Positions 23,216 through 35,891 of a stretch of DNA of 37,446 bases are shown one piece after another. The translations under genes and the position numbers were made by a program. The stretch covers positions 38,893,618-38,931,063 of the forward strand of contig NC_068999.1 of the NCBI RefSeq assembly GCF_001194135.2, given 5' to 3'. The stretch's first letter is position 1, and every line of letters starts with the position of its first letter. Origin of the DNA: Octopus bimaculoides. Taxonomy: Eukaryota. Below the pieces are notes generated by a model. It had not been told where the DNA came from, ran no database searches, and saw nothing but the letters and a program-made list of their open reading frames with translations.

Positions 23216-24145
23216 CGTGATAGACTTTTCATATTCTAGGTGTCTGGTGGAAAACTCATTTACATAAAATAGTGGAGGTTGAAGCTAGTTACTGAAATAT
23301 TTGTAAACTTCTGCTTCATAGAAACTTAGAACATCATTAAAAAAGCTTTGACTGCGAAGATCCTCGTNNNNNNNNNNNNNNNNNNNNNNNNNNNNNNNNN
23401 NNNNNNNNNNNNNNNNNNNNNNNNNNNNNNNNNNNNNNNNNNNNNNNNNNNNNNNNNNNNNNNNNNNNNNNNNNNNNNNNNNNNNNNNNNNNNNNNNNNN
23501 NNNNNNNNNNNNNNNNNNNNNNNNNNNNNNNNNNNNNNNNNNNNNNNNNNNNNNNNNNNNNNNNNNNNNNNNNNNNNNNNNNNNNNNNNNNNNNNNNNNN
23601 NNNNNNNNNNNNNNNNNNNNNNNNNNNNNNNNNNNNNNNNNNNNNNNNNNNNNNNNNNNNNNNNNNNNNNNNNNNNNNNNNNNNNNNNNNNNNNNNNNNN
23701 NNNNNNNNNNNNNNNNNNNNNNNNNNNNNNNNNNNNNNNNNNNNNNNNNNNNNNNNNNNNNNNNNNNNNNNNNNNNNNNNNNNNNNNNNNNNNNNNNNNN
23801 NNNNNNNNNNNNNNNNNNNNNNNNNNNNNNNNNNNNNNNNNNNNNNNNNNNNNNNNNNNNNNNNNNNNNNNNNNNNNNNNNNNNNNNNNNNNNNNNNNNN
23901 NNNNNNNNNNNNNNNNNNNNNNNNNNNNNNNNNNNNNNNNNNNNNNNNNNNNNNNNNNNNNNNNNNNNNGAAAGAAGTTATTTATAAGATTGTCATCAGA
24001 CTTCTAACTTTTCCCGTCGTCTTCGACTGAGAAATCATGTAGCGCATAAAAAGAACAGAGAAATGTGTTTTAGTCTTTTCTTGTGTTTTTTTTTTTTTGT
24101 ACCATAGGCAAATGTCTTGCAAAACACTTGATAAAGAGATCGATC

Positions 24146-24198
<53 letters not shown>

Positions 24199-24303
24199 TG
24201 TATGCATGTATGTATGTATATGCATGTGTGCATGTATTTATTTTTATGGATACGTATACGTGTTTATATATATTTAATTATATACATATATGTAAATATT
24301 TAT

Positions 24304-24354
<51 letters not shown>

Positions 24355-24391
24355 CTTGTTTTTATAAATATATACATATGCTTTATTGTGG

Positions 24392-24426
<35 letters not shown>

Positions 24427-24589
24427 CAAAACTTAAAAAACACTTCTCTTATTGAATTGTAAAGGCTAGATTTAGAGAGAAAAATACATACGTTTACATA
24501 CGTTCTTACATACATACATGCATACATTGAAACGTATTGACATACATTTTCATACATGTATTCTCACTGAAATCTGTATATACACACAT

Positions 24590-24591
<2 letters not shown>

Positions 24592-24670
<79 letters not shown>
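24592..24670. repeat. (CA)n
   Basis: Visible directly in the sequence. Confidence 0.97.
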
Positions 24671-25340
24671 TGCAGATATTTGAAAATAATCTGATAAATA
24701 AATGTTTTCTCTTTAGAAAAAAAAATTGATGTGACGTTTTAGTTGATAAAAAGATTGTTTCACCAACTTGGTAACCATGATGTAAACACGATAGAAATCT
24801 TTGATTATGTTCTGAGAAAATTCAAATAGATTTCTGTAACAAGTTGTTCCCACCTAAAGAAGAAGAAGAGAAAGAAGAAGAAGAAGAAACTAATCATGTT
24901 TGTCTGCTTAACAATAGAAAGATTACTTCACTCTGTATTGCAGTGAAATATCGCTAAGTATAAATTAAAGAAAAAAAGATATTTACAAAAATATAGTAAA
25001 AATAAATAATGAAACCTCAGCTCTCAGAAATTCACCTGTTATGTAATTAATACATTGTTGCGAAGAAAGAAAAAGATAGCGAGGTGACGAATGGGAATTT
25101 GAGAATTTACATGCTAGAAATAGCAACCAAATTTATTTAAAATCCCTCTACCGTCTTAGAAGAAAGAAAACAGTTTGAAGGCCACTGTGAATAACATTAG
25201 AAGATGTCGCAGAATCGACCAACTCCGTCTGAAAAAAAAAAAAATCCTTAAGACTAGACGGTCACGGTTAGAATGCCTTTGATGATAGATATTCTTGACG
25301 AAGAGATATATGCCTCTAGGCTTCAAAAATAACTGTTCGA

Positions 25341-25570
25341 TAATAATAACAACAATAATAATAATAATAATAATTTTTTGTACTATAGGCGCAAGGCATG
25401 AGATTTGTTGGGATGGGGCCAGTCGATTACAGCGATCCCAATATTCGACTCCTACCTATTTTATTGACCCCAAAGCATGAAAGGCAAAGACCACCTCAAC
25501 GAAATTTGAACTCTGAACGTAAGGCCGGAGAAAATGCTGACGCGTTAACGATTCTGCCAGATCACCGAAT
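25341..25570 (-). mobile_element. SINE group C (older copy) with (ATT)n tail
   Basis: Aligns with the adjacent copy and carries an internal deletion in the head. Confidence 0.75.
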
Positions 25571-25571
25571 T

Positions 25572-25589
25572 AACAACAACAACAGCTTC

Positions 25590-25622
<33 letters not shown>

Positions 25623-25835
25623 CTTTTCTACTGAAGGCACAAGGCCTTGACATTTTTGGGGAAGGGACTTGTCGATTACATCAACCCCAGCGTTTCACTG
25701 GTACTTATTTTATCGACCCCGGAAGGATGAAATGCAAAATCGACCTCGGCGGAATTTGAACTCAAAACGAAGCGGCAGACGAGATACTGCTAAGTATTTC
25801 GCCCGGCGTGCTAACGACTCTGCCAGCTCGCCACC

Positions 25836-25837
<2 letters not shown>
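25572..25837 (-). mobile_element. SINE group C, near full length, tail C1 with (ATT)n
   Basis: Reverse complement AAGGTGGCGAGCTGGCAGAGTCGTTAG (A box) ... GAGTTCAAATTCC (B box). Confidence 0.85.
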
Positions 25838-25878
<41 letters not shown>

Positions 25879-27039
25879 GAAGATGATTTACCACCTGGGC
25901 GAAGGATGAGGGGACAATACAAGGATAGACATAAAGTGTGAGGGTTTACATTTAATAAAATGATGACAAAAATGAAAGTATACACGATATACAATAAATC
26001 GAAGAACGGAATTATATATAACATACAAGAGTTCCAAAAATCAATGGTAGAATACATGAGAAATGTGTAAACCTGGATTTGTTTACGGATTCGAAATAAT
26101 TTCACAAATATTGTTGACACTTTCATAGAAATGTGTGTGTGTGTGTGTGTGCTTACTTGCGTGTGTACCTGTTTATGGTGCTGTTTTCATTTCTAACGAA
26201 ACCACAATCACTTTCGGCATATATTTCTCACATATTCTTTTCTTTTTCTTTTCCACTTTTTTATGTATTAATATATTTTCATTTTGTTCCCCACAAAATC
26301 ATTTTTACAATGCGATTTCATGTTAAAAACATTCTACTCTGGGAGTAGATTTCTTTGTATTTTTTTGTTATTATTGTTATACCAAATTCTTTCCTTCACA
26401 TGTCGACTGTTGTCTTCGTCCAGTTTCTTCACTCCACGCATGACATACTTCGCGTCTTCTCTATTGATATAAACCTTGAAATTGTTTTCTTAAAACGATA
26501 ATAAAAGATTCCAAACGATTCCGGCAATGCATTTGTTTTCTAACAAAATGTGAATCATAACAGATCGATTTATTCTCATTTAGTACAAGGTCGAAGAACC
26601 GATGAACAGGTTTCAAACGAAGAGCATGTGGTCTGATACGTTTGACTCGAATTACAAACAACATTTATCTTGTGCTTCACATCCTCGCTCACTCCTCAAA
26701 CATTAAAAGGAAATAAGAAATTTCTAAAGTTATTTGTTTATATATGTCTGGTAACAGAATGTTTTAATCTAACATCATACACTATCATCACCACCAACAC
26801 TACGAACATTAAATAAACTGCTCAGACATAACATCCCAAATATTTTCTCCGCCATTTTCTACATTTTCCCGCCCATTCATACTCAGCACATTGCATCTAC
26901 AGTCTTATTCACTGACCCTTTGTCTGCATGTGCGTCTTCAAGTGTCGATGCTTGTGTGCGGTGTGTGTGTGTGTGTGTGTGGATGTGCGTGCGTGTGTGC
27001 CTGTGTGCATGCATGCGTGAGCGCGTTCGTGTGCGTTTG

Positions 27040-27273
27040 TGTTATATCTTTATTACTCACAAGGGGCTACACACAGAGGGGACAAACAAGGACAGACAAA
27101 CGGATTAAGTCGATTATATCGACCCCATTGCGTAACTGGTGCTTAGTTAATCGACCCCGAAAGGATGAAAGGTAAAGTCGACCTTGGCGGAATTTGAACT
27201 CAGAACGTAGCGGCAGACGAAATACCGCTAAGCATTTCGCCCTGCGTGCTAACGTTTCTGCCAGCTCACCGCC
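27040..27273 (-). mobile_element. SINE group C, tail C2
   Basis: Same head as 25837 but the tail is ATCCGTTTGTCTGTCCTTGTTTGTCCCCTC, shared with 33700-33913. Confidence 0.85.
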
Positions 27274-27329
27274 GTGTGTGTTTGTGTGTGCGTGTGTGTG
27301 CGTGTTTGCGTGCGTGTGTGTGTGCGTAC

Positions 27330-27500
27330 TTGCCAGTGTGTAGAAGTCCAGTGACGCGATGTAGCATTTCGTCCATCTTCATGTTCTGAATTCTAATTCC
27401 GCCGACGTTGACTTTACCTTCCATCGTTTCGCGGTCAGTAATCGACTTAACACCTCCCCCGAAATTGCTGGCCTTGTGCCAAAATTTGAAACCAAAATTT
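27330..27500 (+). mobile_element. SINE group C, tail C1, head-to-head with the previous copy
   Basis: GTTCTGAATTCTAATTCCGCCGAC...CCCCCGAAATTGCTGGCCTTGTGCCAAAATTTGAAACC. Confidence 0.75.
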
Positions 27501-28714
27501 CTAGAGAAAATGCAGTGATGATTGAAGTATAATGGTTGATATTCCTACAGGGAATATAATGTGTCAGTTATGGTATTATCCCTAATATTTCTTACTGTGT
27601 TGTATAAAGTATAATGATTAATATTTCTTTAAAAATAATGCTGAGTTGATTTAAGTTTAATGGTTAATATTTGTTAATGAATTATTCTGAGTTTATTAAA
27701 ATATTGGAGTTGAAATTTCTTGGGCAATAAAGCTGTATTGAATGAAAATGAATGAAATTAATTGAACGCTCAATGTTAATGGAAATGAGAGGCAAATTAA
27801 TTGAAATCCTTAATGATTTCGGTGAAAAGAGTTGTCGCAATGAAGGCTAACCTTGGTGAGTCTAGAGATTGATATTTCTTTTGGAAAATGTCAAGCTTAT
27901 TGAAATCAGAATGATATTAAATGGAAGATAGACTTTTAATTGAGAGCGTTCGTTCGAAATTTGCTTGAAAGGGAAATTGTAGTGGAGGTTTAATGCGATC
28001 GCTCAACAGTTCAGGTGAACTGGGGATGATGACGAATTGAGTAAATAAATATATATTCTTGAGATTATTAATTCATTTCGAGTGAGCGAAATTTATAGAA
28101 CTGATGTAATTAAAAGTAGTATGAAGTGAAAATGGAAATAATGAACGATGCAGTTAATTTCTGTTATGTTATATGAATGTGGAAAGATAAATCAGAAGCT
28201 TACATTGAATAGCTGAAAGACAAATTTTATGTCTACATTATTTGAAGTCATTTATTTTATAAAACAAATTATAATTTCTTGTTAATTCTATTTCTTTTTA
28301 ATTAACAATCAAACTTTATGTTATGTTGCTTTGCAAAGAGAGTTTGTTGAACTAACATTTGGTTTATGTATGCCTTACAGCACTTTATTAATATTAGTCA
28401 AGGAAAATTTTACATAAATGTGTTTAAGAATATATTAACAAATTTTCGTGATTTACAAAGGTGAATGAATTACGTGCCACAGAAATGTGTGTGTATATAT
28501 ATATTCTGGTATTTACAAAGCCATTTAGATATTGAATTTACAAAATTTTCTGATACATGTTTTTGTCTGTATAGTCCAACACTTTACCAGCAGAATGTGG
28601 ACATCACTAGACCTAGGAACCGTACGTACTGCTAAAGTAGTAAATTACCAGTCGAGGTTATACACAATACTCTAATCTCTTGCTAACCAAGAGAGAAACA
28701 GTCGATGGGAGAGA

Positions 28715-28762
<48 letters not shown>

Positions 28763-30118
28763 TGACACAGCTAAACCAGGCTTCCTTTTGGCGGCAAGGA
28801 GTGGGTAAGACAAATTGGGATTCCTTTTTAATACAAAAGCGCAAAGATAAAATACTACGAGGCTATGATGAAACTAATCTGTCCTCTGCATCCGATCACT
28901 ACTCACTTTCACATCCACATAATCACGCTCGCACACATTTCCTAACGATTTGTTTTCCACTTGAGTTTTATGCTCTAAACATTTTCAGGTGATCACAGAA
29001 TGCGAAATCTGCCAGCTAATTTTTCCTGCAGATAGACATATAGGAATAAATTCTACTCTAAGTAATGACTAGACTTCCTTTTTGTTTAAAAATATTATAC
29101 ACACACACTCACATGCATACATCGTACTCTCACACACACACACATACATGCATCATACACGCCCCACAGATATGAGAACAGCGGACCTCTTTATTTGAAT
29201 CTGATCTATTTTATTTTAGAAGCCAATAATTTTAGCCGAAAATAATCTCTTTGAAACCTCGACACCCTACTCGCTTAAAAACGAACGATACCCTGCACAA
29301 TGTAGTTTTCTTGTATTATATATCTGAAAAGTCAGAAGGGACAGATATGGATGAAAGATATTTGATCATAAGTGTGTTCTATAAAGAGTGACTTGGGGCT
29401 AATTAAGAACCAAAAGAAAACAACAGCAGCGACGAGTGATGTTGAAGTATCGATATATATATATATNNNNNNNNNNNNNNNNNNNNNNNNNNNNNNNNNN
29501 NNNNNNNNNNNNNNNNNNNNNNNNNNNNNNNNNNNNNNNNNNNNNNNNNNNNNNNNNNNNNNNNNNNNNACAATTGTCAATTATTTACGTACGAGTTGAA
29601 TTGAAATTGAAAGCAAAGTCGTAAGCTAAAAAAAAAAGTTATTATTTATTCTTTCTTGAACAACCAAAGTCTATGACCTGGATTTGATTCTTAGTTGATG
29701 CCAGTTCACTTTTATCAAAAATGAGAGAAAAAAAACCTTGAGTGTTTACAATATCTCATTATCTTTTTTCCATTAAAATCTTCGGCATTTCTGTCTGGTT
29801 AAGGAAGAAAGGCGAAAAAGATGTCGGATTATGATAGAATTGGAGGTTCACCAGGACAATAGACATAGCAGTATTTGTTGAGTAACCTCCAATTCTACCC
29901 AGTGTCAGCATTGTGTGTAAACTTCACTCGAGAATACACAATTGAAATTAAGATGAAAAGTCTTTCACCGATTGGATAACCATCTATTTGCGTGAAAGGG
30001 ACAAAAGCAAGAGAAAAAAAAAAGAGAAAAATATATTCTTTTCATATAACTCATAGCAGCATAGTAATATAATTAGATTGAAAATAATTCAATGTTTAAT
30101 GTTTCTTGTAGATACATA

Positions 30119-30161
30119 TCTATAACAGTCTGTTTCTGCATATTTGTGCATCATCAGTAAA
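30119..30161 (-). ncRNA. Solo minimal hammerhead-like motif (family 5), one extra nucleotide at the cleavage site
   Basis: Reverse complement TTTA-CTGATGA-TGCA-caaata-TGCA-GAAA-CAGACTGT-TA-TAGA. Confidence 0.5.
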
Positions 30162-30556
30162 ACGTAACCTTCATTATGTAGTACGTACAACTTATAATTT
30201 TCATTCGAAATTAGATCGAAAAGCAGAGAGACACAAAGGACACAACATAACGTTTGGAGTACTTGACGCAAAACTATTTTGCACTTTTTATTCCTTACTT
30301 CATTGCTTCTGTTCTTTAGATGAACACCACATAACTAATCAGTGGACTGATTTTGTGAGAAATAAATGAATAAATAAAATGGTTATAGGTGTCATAATAG
30401 GAAAATATACAAAACACACCGTGTTGGTCGTGACACGCAGAATATAGATGAGTCATTATTGAATATAGATGAGTCTTACACGAGGATACCGTGTGTGTGC
30501 GTGTGTGCGTGCGTGCGTGCGTGCGTGTGTGCGTGTGTGTGTGTGTGTGTGCGTGC

Positions 30557-30594
<38 letters not shown>

Positions 30595-30712
30595 TGTGTA
30601 TGTGCGTATTTAACTATTAAAACACACACTCAAAAATAGTTGATACCAACAGAAATCAAACATAAAAACCCGAATCTTTTCAATACCAGCTGAATTTTAC
30701 ATTAAAACGATT

Positions 30713-30969
30713 AGGCGTGACTGTTTGGAGAGAAATTTTCTTCTCAACCACAGGGTTCCGGGTTTCGATCCCACTGCGTGGCACTTCTTGGCAAGTGTCC
30801 TCTACAATAGGCTTGCACCGACTAAGCCTATGTATATATGTATATGTATATATGTATATGTATGTATGTATGTATATGTATGTATGTATATATATGTATG
30901 TATGTATGAATGTATGTATGTATGTATGTATATATATACACATACACATATGTATATATGTGTATGAGC

Positions 30970-31010
<41 letters not shown>

Positions 31011-31130
31011 CGTGTGTATTTTTCTGCTTGTGTTTGTTTTTCGCACCGCTTGACAACCGGTGCTGGTTTGTTTACGTCTCACAATATAGCTTTTCTGCAA
31101 AAGTGGCAGTTAGAAAAAGTACCAGACTGC
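30713..31130 (+). mobile_element. SINE group B: head, internal (TATG/TA)n, tail type B2
   Basis: Head 30713-30830 with B box GGTTTCGATCCC; microsatellite 30830-31010; tail ACCGCTTGACAACCGGTG shared with 34940. Confidence 0.75.
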
Positions 31131-31344
31131 AAACGAGTAAGTCCTCGAGCCGATCCTTTCCACTGAACCCCTCCAGGGTGCAGCACAGCCGAAGCCTAAT
31201 GATTGGAAAAAGTAAAATGAAAACTAAAAAATCTCACACTCCACCCCATCTCTTTCTGTCTCTCACTCTCTCTATCTATCTCTCTCTCTCTCCCTCTTCC
31301 CCTCGTTAACATACAATTAAACCAAACTTTGTGTTTATATTATT

Positions 31345-31490
31345 TCGGAGAGGAGTCTACTGTCAGGGTTTGTTCTCACTCGTTACATTCTAAGTTCAAA
31401 CCTTGCTGAGGCCAACTTCCTCTTTTACCCTTTCAGAACACCAGTCAAATATTTGGGTCAATGTAATCGACCAAAGGCCTCAAAATTTAC
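31345..31490 (+). mobile_element. Decayed SINE group C
   Basis: TTCTAAGTTCAAACC..TGAGGCCAAC...GGGTCAATGTAATCGAC. Confidence 0.55.
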
Positions 31491-31599
31491 GCTATGTTTC
31501 AGTCTTTTTCTCACACAAGCACAGGGCCACTCATTTGGGCGGAGGGCATTTGATAAGAAACACTCAATGATATAGCTCTGAGTAAAGCATCACTATCAT

Positions 31600-32079
31600 T
31601 ATCATCGTCGATGTCGTCGTCACCACCACCATCATCATCATCCTCATCATCATCATCACCATAATCATCATCGTTTTTCCATGTTTCCAAGATCCAGAAG
31701 ATCATTGAGACAAACTTTCTACGGTGGATTACCCTTCTGTAACCAAACCTTTCTTGTTTCCAAGCAAAATAACATTTTCCCATGGCTGGACAGATATTCG
31801 CAGAAGACTGGAAGCAAATGACAGCGCTTGCGTGACCGTTACAGGCATTTACAGCTACCACGTGGAAAAAACGCATACACACGTACATACACATACGTAC
31901 GTACATATATCAATATGTATATAGGGCGGTCCTCTTCCAGTGTTTCTCTTCCAACTCCACTCGCAAAGCTTCGGTCGGCGTGAGGCTATACTAGTTGACA
32001 CCCGTCCACGATGCGCGACGGGACAGGCTTTGAAACCGTGTCATTGAGAAGCCAACTGTTTAATTGCACTCCCGTGCCT
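31600..32079 (-). mobile_element. SINE group B: head, internal microsatellite, tail B1 ending in (GAT)n
   Basis: Head 32079-31925; CA/TA tract 31870-31925; tail shared with 13845-13990; (CAT)n on plus strand at 31600-31672. Confidence 0.65.
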
Positions 32080-32999
32080 TAACCTACTTTCCTGGTGTGG
32101 ATGAAAAGGAAGTGATGCAAAAAAATTGGAAGCCAGAAAGTACAGAAGTAAAATGGAAATGTTGTTGATGATGGTGATGAAATTGCAGTTGTTCTTTTTC
32201 CGTCCCCGACCAACCCTTTTGATCAAACGGAAGATTAAAGGAATTCCTTTCATGCCCACCACACCTTTTTTTTTTAGGTGCGTTATGTTCTTATATAACC
32301 CGAAAGAATGTTTATTTGAGGGCGACCTGGCTACTATTTCCCCCAAGTCGAACGTTCACGTAGAGGCTCTTCTGTTGCTTCATTACACAGTATATTTTTC
32401 TATATATGTGTTTGTGTATGAAATACATAACGTGCCGCATTACTACCAACTCCCCACCCGCCTTACACCCCCACCTTCCAATTAGCTAACATTTCGATGC
32501 CTCCGTTTTTAACCAGTTTCTTTTCTTGATTGATTAATCGACTTAGTCTGCGATTTTAAAAACGTTGATGCCTGCCTCGTCTGAATTATATATCTCAGAT
32601 TATTAAGCAACAAAAGTGGAAAGAAATAGATTTTTGTTTATCGAAAGTTTTTTTTTTTTTGTCTTTTAGCAAGTTATTTGGATGTATTCCAGGTAAGTTA
32701 TGAGTTATACAAAAAACACAAAAAAGAAGAAGAGGAAGAAGAAGAAGAATGATTTAGTTACTTGCAAAATGAATTACATTAGAAAAACGCGGAGAGACGT
32801 AGATAGATAGCAATGCAATTTCGTTCAGATATTGACAGCTTTAACAAGATGTCTTCCTTGAAGTGAGTCTTGAATTTACGGATTCATCAGGCATTTAAGC
32901 GAGTGATAATAGTCGACTCCTTGCCTGACCTTTGCAGAGTTAGTCGTTCGTCAGTTGTCGATGGTACACATTTGCAGCCGTGTGGACTGTGGCAACGTG

Positions 33000-33097
33000 A
33001 TAAATAGCTTTGCTAAATGTCACAGTGTGTCACTAGTTCCAGAAGTGAACCTACGCCCTAAAACTTGTGAATTCAACACCGAATCCACTAAGCAATA
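33000..33097 (-). mobile_element. Highly decayed SINE group A head
   Basis: Reverse complement TTAGTGGATTCGGTG...GGTTC...TGTGACATTTAGCAAAGC. Confidence 0.35.
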
Positions 33098-33359
33098 ATA
33101 ATTTGAAATGTGAAATAATTATGAAATGCCGAGCTCATGTTTCTTACTTCTATGCTAGTTTCGGTCTTTAGGCTAAGTACGACAATGCTGGAGCATCATC
33201 TGTTTCAAGTGTCTAGGCGCTGGCAGCATTTATATGCTGCAAACATTTTAATGCTAGAAAAAACACAAAGGAAGTAAAATGATTAAGTAGTTGCGAGATG
33301 TATCAGCACAGATACGTCTCTCTCTCTATCTCTCTCTCTCTCTTTCTCTCTCTCTATCT

Positions 33360-33398
<39 letters not shown>

Positions 33399-33699
33399 AT
33401 TCATTCACACACACACGAAAATGTTAGATACGTGAACATTATTCTTCTTTCTCGTATTTTTGGATTTCAAATTCAAACTTGTTACCTCGTCTCCAGTTGT
33501 CTCTTTTCTATTAACGCTCTTATCCAGAAGGCTCCGTACGTACGCATGTATGTATGTTTGTATATATATATATGTATGTATATATATGTGTGTGTGTGTA
33601 AACAAACACATACAGACACACGCACATACACACACACACGCACACACACACACGCACACCTTGCTTGTGGCTCTTAACTCCTTGTTTGCTGCCTTATTT

Positions 33700-33913
33700 C
33701 TTTATTGCCCACAAGAGGCTAAACATTGAAGGGACAAACAAAGACAGACAAAGGGATTAAGTCGATTCCCAGTGCGTAACTAGAACTTAATTTATCGACT
33801 CCGAAAGGATGAAAGGCAAAGTCGACCTCGGCGGAATTTGAACTCAGAACGTAAAGACAGACGAAATACCACGAAGCATTTCGCCCGGCGTGTTAACGTT
33901 TCTGTCAGCTCGC
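33700..33913 (-). mobile_element. SINE group C, tail C2
   Basis: Closely similar to 27040-27273. Confidence 0.85.
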
Positions 33914-33914
33914 A

Positions 33915-34030
33915 GACATATAAAATCTGTAATACATTCTGTTGGTCTCATCCGCCGAACTGCTAAAGGTAAGGAAACTTTAACAAACCAACATTTCTTG
34001 TCAAGTAGTGGGGGTGAGATGCACTGAGTC
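33915..34030 (-). mobile_element. SINE group B tail B2 fragment
   Basis: Reverse complement CCCCCACTACTTGACAAG...TTAGCAGTTCGGC...GAGACCAACAGAAT aligns with 34940-35020. Confidence 0.55.
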
Positions 34031-34035
34031 ACGTG

Positions 34036-34116
<81 letters not shown>

Positions 34117-34924
34117 GCATTGATGCATAACGTTGTGCTCCTACACGTAAAATCCTGCCGAAGCGTCCAATCCATGAGAGCCGGACGTTAGGTAATGATG
34201 AGGAGGAGCAGCAGAATAAATAGAAATCGATGTTATAAGCATGTTTGAGGATACAAGGGGTAGGAGAGAAATTTCATTTTCCTCCATTTAAAGATTACAA
34301 TTATTTCCCATCAATCTCTGACAAAATATTCGATTTTTTTCGTTTTCTCGTTTTTGTTTCTCTATATTTTCTTCGTGGTTTTTGCAATATTTTCCAATTA
34401 TTCGATAAATATTATTTCCTCTAAATGTCAAAAGTATTTACTCGTTAGTTCAATATGTTTATTAACCGATCGGTTTTCATTATATTTTATTGATTTCTCA
34501 TTGTTCTTTCTATTGTCATTCAAAATGCTGACATCTTTCCAAAGAACTCAGTGCTGTCAAAGCACCAAATGTATCAATGTTCTCCGAATATAAGCCAGAT
34601 CCCTACGTATTATGTAAACAAAACTACGCATCATAAAGTGGTCCGTTTATTTCGCATCACACTACGTTTTCAGTCAACACGACTGTAGCTATTTAATATG
34701 ATGTCTTTTATCAGAGGCGTGCGTGACTAACTTGGGCAGACATTGTGCGTGTAGGCTATTGCCCCCCTTGTTGAAATTAACAGGAATGTCTATATATAAG
34801 TTCACACCTTGCACTCTTGCAAAGTAATACATTCATTAGACTGACGACCCCCCTACTGGATACTATTACATGTGAAGCCCCTATTTCTGACCTATGCACA
34901 CACACACACACGCACACACACACA

Positions 34925-35126
34925 CGTACGTGTTTTTGTCTTCCATTACCGCTTGACCATCGGTGGTGATGTGTTTACGTCCGCGTAACTTATATATTCG
35001 GCAAAAAAGACCGACAGAATGAGTACTAGGCATAGAAAAAAATTAAATTACTGGGGTTGATTCAGTCGGCTAAAATTCATCAAATCGGCGACCCAACATG
35101 ACTGTAGTCTGATGATGCCAACAAAA
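34925..35126 (+). mobile_element. SINE group B tail B2 (head absent)
   Basis: ACCGCTTGACCATCGGTGG...TTCGGCAAAAAAGACCGACAGAATGAGTACTAGG. Confidence 0.65.
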
Positions 35127-35833
35127 GATATATATATGGGAGAATTTACGAAAAAAAAAAAAAAAACAGACGAGGAACTGAGTTCGTTCTACGCAGCGTT
35201 GGCATCCACCCCCTTCCACCAAATACCATGGTGATTATGCAGAAATATATATAATTTCTAATTTACACTGAAGGCCAGCCAACTTTGCAAGAGTTTGCTA
35301 TCAAATATATTAGTTCATAAAAAGAATAATGAATGGTAAATTTAAGACCAGTCTGAATGGAATGTGAACTCAAAAACTAATGGTCGGAACTGCATCATCA
35401 TAAGGCGTTTAATTCGCCATTTCAGAATTTTTTCATTCCATATAAATTAATTATTCACCTCATGCGTCACAAAATATATATACTGTATTATTTGTTTTCA
35501 AAAAGAATCTATTAAATCGAATATATATGTGTGAAATGGCCACTAGTGTAGGGTTGGTTAACCAAATCTAAAGACACAAATTGATTATAGAATATTCAGA
35601 CCTGGATGGAATACTACTTCCTTCAACACACATACGCACACACACATATATACGCATAATTTAATATACTGTAATGTGTGTGCGTGTGTGTTTGTCTGTG
35701 TGTGTGTTGTGTGTGTACATACACACGTAATATAATACTAATATATTATGATATAATGCTTTATCATGTAAACACATACAGATATATACATATCTATACC
35801 TATATCTATCTACTTTTCCCTGCCCGCCCTCTC

Positions 35834-35891
<58 letters not shown>

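Noticed and set aside
25790-25837. SINE heads as tRNA genes
   Set aside because: A/B boxes are present, but there is no full cloverleaf and the heads continue into SINE bodies. No tRNA, rRNA or CRISPR array is supported anywhere in the window.
26340-26490. Minus frame NFKVYINREDAKYVMRGVKKLDEDNSRHVKERIWY
   Set aside because: Only a weak AAG acceptor and poor donor; no family recognised.
32811-32895. Minus-strand AATGC-CTGATGA...GAAA-TT-GCATT (stem I plus core)
   Set aside because: No stem II closes the ~60 nt between core and GAAA, and stem III is absent.
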